NCBI GenBank assembly: GCA_937982505.1
Contig: CALJLV010000086.1
Location: 10,990 to 74,989 of the forward strand
Source of the DNA: an uncultured Desulfobacteraceae bacterium
Lineage (GTDB): Bacteria > Desulfobacterota > Desulfobacteria > Desulfobacterales > UBA2174
Direction of reading: 5' to 3'
DNA length: 64,000 nucleotides
The notes under the pieces: model-generated
The model's input: the letters and a program-made list of their open reading frames with translations, nothing else
The model's database searches: none
What the model was told of the DNA's origin: nothing
Part shown: positions 61,351-64,000 of the stretch, one piece after another
How the letters are laid out: each line of letters starts with the position of its first letter
Numbering within the stretch: position 1 is the first letter of the stretch
Position numbers and translations under genes: made by a program

Positions 61351-62344
61351 GACCGATTTCAATTATAAAATCGAAGCGTTAGCCTTCTTGGAGCTCAAGA
61401 AGGCTGGGAAAAAGATAACCATAAAAACCTACGTTGAGAAGCGGGCCGCAGATACAGGTTATCCCGTTTCATTTCAATACTTTAAGAAAACCTTGGGGCA
61501 GGTTAAACCGAAAAATAACCCTCGTTCTGGCCATGCCCCGGTATCGGACCCGAAGCCCCCCGGCGCAAAGGCAAAGACAAGGGCAAAGGCCACGTCGATC
61601 GAAAATGACCCTCACTGGCCGGCGATCCGTGACGCCTTTTTCCGCTGGGAGTTTCAATCGCTGGCCGATGTTGCGCGCCACATCGGCCGCCGTCCGGATG
61701 ATCGTATTTTCAAGCGGGCGACAGCCGGGTGGGCTGAGTTGCGCAACGAAACCGAGAAGGCGGCATTCCCATTAACCGTAGATGCCCTAGCCAAGGAGCG
61801 GGCGGTTCAAAAGGTCCAGGATTTGTACGCCCAAATACTGGCGGCACATTATCGACTCGCCGATTTTGTGACCGGCATTGCCGACAAGTGCGAGGACAAG
61901 CTGACAGACGATGTCGTCTTCAAGACCCCGTGGCATACCCAGATGGCCATCCAAACCGCCATCGACCTGCACAAGGCGATGGAAAAGATCGTGCCGGCAA
62001 TCAAGGGGCTCGAAAGCCTCAAGGCGGTCCACCAGGTATTCGACGACTTGGCCGACGGCAAAATTGACGTAGTTCGTGCCGCCTTCGATCTGGCTAAACT
62101 TGGGGTGGTCATGCCCAAACCGATCGAGATTTTGCTCACCAAGCACAAGGCCGACGAACTGCCTCCCGAAGAAGGGGACTGGATCGTCACCGACGAGGCG
62201 ATCATGCGGCGTCGGGCCGAGCTTTTGGCTGAAATAGAGACCGAGCGGGTGGAATTCGTGAATGAGAGAAAGCGGATTGTGGCCGAGCTGAAGAGCAAGA
62301 CCGCTGATTCTTTCAAGGCACAGCGAGAGTCCGACGATGAGTAA
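61343..62344 (+). CDS. possible small terminase subunit
   Basis: Position immediately upstream of, and overlapping, the large terminase. No motif recognised. Confidence 0.4.
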   Translation: MNKTDFNYKIEALAFLELKKAGKKITIKTYVEKRAADTGYPVSFQYFKKTLGQVKPKNNPRSGHAPVSDPKPPGAKAKTRAKATSIENDPHWPAIRDAFFRWEFQSLADVARHIGRRPDDRIFKRATAGWAELRNETEKAAFPLTVDALAKERAVQKVQDLYAQILAAHYRLADFVTGIADKCEDKLTDDVVFKTPWHTQMAIQTAIDLHKAMEKIVPAIKGLESLKAVHQVFDDLADGKIDVVRAAFDLAKLGVVMPKPIEILLTKHKADELPPEEGDWIVTDEAIMRRRAELLAEIETERVEFVNERKRIVAELKSKTADSFKAQRESDDE

Positions 62345-64000
62345 GGGCGGATTGCTGCGCGAATCGAGATACCTGGACTTTTGCTCGCGGTATCAGGGCA
62401 ACCTGGTGGGCTATATCCTGGATCATTCCAGGCACCGGCTGACCTGGCAGCAACTTGAGGTGGCCGAGGCCGTGCAGCAAGACGGCGCCCGGGTGGCCGT
62501 GGCATCCGGTCACGGGTGTTTTGGCAAGGGAACCCCAATACTATTGGCGAGCGGCCATATTGTGTCAGTAGAGGATATCGTCGTCGGTGACGTCATCGCC
62601 GGAGACGATGGAACTGTCAGAAATGTTTTACGCTTAATTCGAGGAAAAGAGCGGCTATACAGGTTTGAGTACATGGACGGCGGAACGTCGCATGTTTTTA
62701 ACGAGTCTCATATCCTTTGCCTTGTTGCAACACAGAGCCATGGAAAACAAATGTCTGGCGACAAGGTGACTGTAACTGTCGAAGATTGGTTGAAATGGAG
62801 CGACAGAAAAAAAAGGACACACGCCATTTATCGCCCAAGCGAAGTATCCTTTAATTTTCGGCACGAAGATCGGCTGTATATCCCGCCATACATCCTCGGA
62901 GTTTGGCTCGGTGATGGAATCTCTTCTGCGGCGGCCGTTACAACCGCCGATAGAGAGATAATCGACGCTCTTTCAGAATTTGCAATAGCAGAAGGGATTG
63001 GTTTCGGTAAGTGGAAAAGTTCAAAATATTCATACGGGTTTACGAATGGCAGAAAAAAAAGCGGAGGAATGCTTGGTTTCCTTGAAAGATACAGCTTGTT
63101 GGAAAACAAACATATCCCATGGCGCTACAAGACGGCCTCGATCAAAGATCGACTTGAACTGTTGGCCGGGCTTATTGATACGGACGGCACACTTGATAGT
63201 CGCGGAGGGCGCGTTTTTTCAATCACACAGAAGAATCGTGTTTTGGCGGAAGACATTGTTTTCGTCGCCAGGTCTGTCGGCATCCATGCTTCGATTAGTA
63301 AGGTCCAAAAGAGATGTTGTAACAATGGTGCAATAGGTAGTTATTATACGATTTCACTTACGAGGAATATCGAAAAAATTCCTGTCCGCATTGATCGCAA
63401 AAGGCCCGATCTTGATTGCGACCGGCAACGACCGAATTTGCATTTTGGCATCCGCCGAGTAACCCCTGAGGGGGTGGGGGATTATTTTGGGTTCGAGCTT
63501 GATGGGAATCACAGGTTTTTGAGCGGAGATTTTACCGTTCTTCACAACACAGGCAAGTCTTTTTTGGCCGGCTGGATTCTTGACTGGCATCTGCGCGTTT
63601 ACCCGTTTTCCAACGCCTTGTTGACCGCCACGAACATCACACAGGTCCGGTCGGTGGTCTGGAAATATCTCGACGGGGCGATTGCCGACGTCGAGCGGGC
63701 GAACCCCTGGATGGCCGGGGCCTTCATCAAGAAGACCCAGCGCTATTTCCATCGGGACTTCAAGGATTCCTGGTACGTCCTGCCCAAGACCGCCAGCCGC
63801 GGCGCGGCGGAAAACATCGCGGGCCAGCATGCCAAGCATTACATCGTGATCGTCGATGAGGCCTCCGGTGTGGCCGATGAGATCCACGGGGTCATGCGCG
63901 GTGCTCTGACCGAGGGCGAGGGCAACCGGTATGTGATGATCTCGCAGCCGACGCGGACCACCGGCCATTTCGCCGATGCGTTCGGCAAGCTGGCCGACAT
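62337..64000 (+). CDS. terL: large terminase subunit, interrupted by an intein; 3' end beyond the window
   Basis: Not in the ORF track because no stop is reached. Exteins join to ...VAVASGHG|TGKSFLAGW... (Walker A). Walker B is HYIVIVDEASGV. Confidence 0.85.
   Translation, partial: MSKGGLLRESRYLDFCSRYQGNLVGYILDHSRHRLTWQQLEVAEAVQQDGARVAVASGHGCFGKGTPILLASGHIVSVEDIVVGDVIAGDDGTVRNVLRLIRGKERLYRFEYMDGGTSHVFNESHILCLVATQSHGKQMSGDKVTVTVEDWLKWSDRKKRTHAIYRPSEVSFNFRHEDRLYIPPYILGVWLGDGISSAAAVTTADREIIDALSEFAIAEGIGFGKWKSSKYSYGFTNGRKKSGGMLGFLERYSLLENKHIPWRYKTASIKDRLELLAGLIDTDGTLDSRGGRVFSITQKNRVLAEDIVFVARSVGIHASISKVQKRCCNNGAIGSYYTISLTRNIEKIPVRIDRKRPDLDCDRQRPNLHFGIRRVTPEGVGDYFGFELDGNHRFLSGDFTVLHNTGKSFLAGWILDWHLRVYPFSNALLTATNITQVRSVVWKYLDGAIADVERANPWMAGAFIKKTQRYFHRDFKDSWYVLPKTASRGAAENIAGQHAKHYIVIVDEASGVADEIHGVMRGALTEGEGNRYVMISQPTRTTGHFADAFGKLAD
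62517..63548 (+). mobile_element. 344-aa intein with LAGLIDADG homing-endonuclease domain
   Basis: Starts CFGKGTPILLASG. LAGLIDADG blocks are ILGVWLGDGISS and LLAGLIDTDGTLD. Ends FTVLHN, followed by Thr. In frame. Markedly lower G+C than the exteins. Confidence 0.85.

Noticed and set aside
62998-63968. ORFs 62998-63336 (+) and 63354-63968 (-) at the window end
   Set aside because: Both lie inside the terminase/intein reading frame, which has unambiguous intein and Walker motifs. They are out-of-frame or antisense shadows.

Overview
The window looks like one GC-rich (about 60% by eye, not computed) temperate tailed-phage or prophage segment. I recognise no host housekeeping gene.

Layout, left to right:
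- 1-8.7 kb: tail-fibre and receptor-binding genes, including two diverged paralogous gene sets.
- 8.7-25.9 kb: a block of giant 'polyvalent' virion-effector genes resembling the phage P1 Dar anti-restriction system. It holds a zincin peptidase, a 1769-aa multi-enzyme protein and a 2177-aa methyltransferase-SNF2 helicase.
- 26.3-30.1 kb: portal-like and scaffold/protease-like genes, then small membrane or holin-like genes.
- 30.1-35.0 kb: a rightward accessory operon with an RHH regulator and a DUF1874/AcrIII-1-like protein.
- 35.1-37.2 kb: att core (3' fragment of a tRNA), arm-type repeats, a low-GC nuclease with an integrase-like N-terminus, integrase and excisionase.
- 37.2-52.6 kb: leftward early operon with DUF3310, nucleases, dUTPase, SSB, SF2 helicase, HNH, NinB-like and SbcCD-like genes.
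- 52.7-54.9 kb: immunity switch. It has a CI-type S24 repressor co-transcribed with a ClpP-like protease, shared operators in PL and PR, and two Cro-like HTH genes.
- 54.6-56.2 kb: four copies of a 22-bp direct repeat punctuating an array of three paralogous small leftward genes.
- 56.3-62.3 kb: replication initiator with iterons, a secreted repeat protein, and Lar-like, RuvC-like, 3D-domain lysin and Ogr/Delta-like genes.
- 62.3-64.0 kb: large terminase, cut by the window end, with a LAGLIDADG intein inside its P-loop.

All functional calls come from motif recognition by eye. None has been checked by a database search.
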